Below are positions 63,757 to 64,000 of a DNA stretch of 64,000 nt, piece after piece. Source of the stretch: an uncultured delta proteobacterium (GTDB lineage: Bacteria; Myxococcota_A; Polyangia; Polyangiales; Polyangiaceae); the NCBI GenBank assembly GCA_963806225.1, contig CAWDXG010000004.1, positions 1,344,001-1,408,000 on the forward strand, read 5' to 3'. The notes under the pieces are model-generated. The model had not been told where the DNA came from. It did no database searches and saw only the letters and a program-made list of their open reading frames with translations. Both the position numbers and the translations under genes were made by a program. Numbering within the stretch: the stretch's first letter is position 1; every line of letters starts with the position of its first letter.

Positions 63757-64000
63757 ATGGCAGAGCAGAGAAGAACGCTGTGCAACCGCGACTGCCCGGA
63801 CAGCTGCAGCATCGTCGCGAGCGTGGAAAGCGGGCGGGTGACGAAGCTCGCGGGCGATCCGGATCACCCCGTCACACGCGGCTTCTTGTGCCACCGCACC
63901 AACCGTTTCCTCGACCTGCAGTACTCCCCCGAGCGGCTGACGGCGCCGCTCATGCGGAAAAGCGGCGAGCTCGTCCCGGTGGGCTGGGATGAGGCGCTCG
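63757..64000 (+). CDS. molybdopterin oxidoreductase, N-terminal Fe4S4 domain (runs off right edge)
   Basis: Hand translation MAEQRRTLCNRDCPDSC...GDPDHPVTRGFLC...RLTAPL...WDEAL. Confidence 0.88.
   Translation, partial: MAEQRRTLCNRDCPDSCSIVASVESGRVTKLAGDPDHPVTRGFLCHRTNRFLDLQYSPERLTAPLMRKSGELVPVGWDEAL

Overview
High-GC bacterial chromosome segment. Gene content points to Myxococcota, probably Polyangiaceae-like (MYXO-CTERM protein, many Cys-rich lipoproteins, FHA proteins, FHA-sigma54 activator); this is inferred from gene content only. About 57 CDS, mostly housekeeping or envelope: acs, purF, HMG-CoA lyase, moeB-like, pilB-pilT, yceD-rpmF-fabH-fabD-fabG-acpP-fabF-nrdR-ribD-def and bamA. No rRNA, tRNA or CRISPR array was seen. 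The most unusual feature is a ~1.4 kb insertion between fabD and fabG. It holds a truncated IS91-like transposase, a DUF5372-like ORF, a 28-bp XerC/XerD dif-like site, a PIN/VapC remnant missing from the ORF track, and REP-like hairpins. Other points of interest: three tandem paralogous DUF4833-like lipoproteins, a plant/amoeba-like M20 acetylornithine deacetylase, an FHA-fused CpaF-like ATPase with degenerate Walker motifs, an FHA/Ser-Thr kinase pair divergent from pilB, a 56-bp dispersed repeat anchored at CTAG stop codons, and sigma54-type promoters. Several genes carry single-base frameshifts (dense at 15.7-18.1 kb) that are most likely sequencing errors. Family names come from recalled motifs; no database searches were run.
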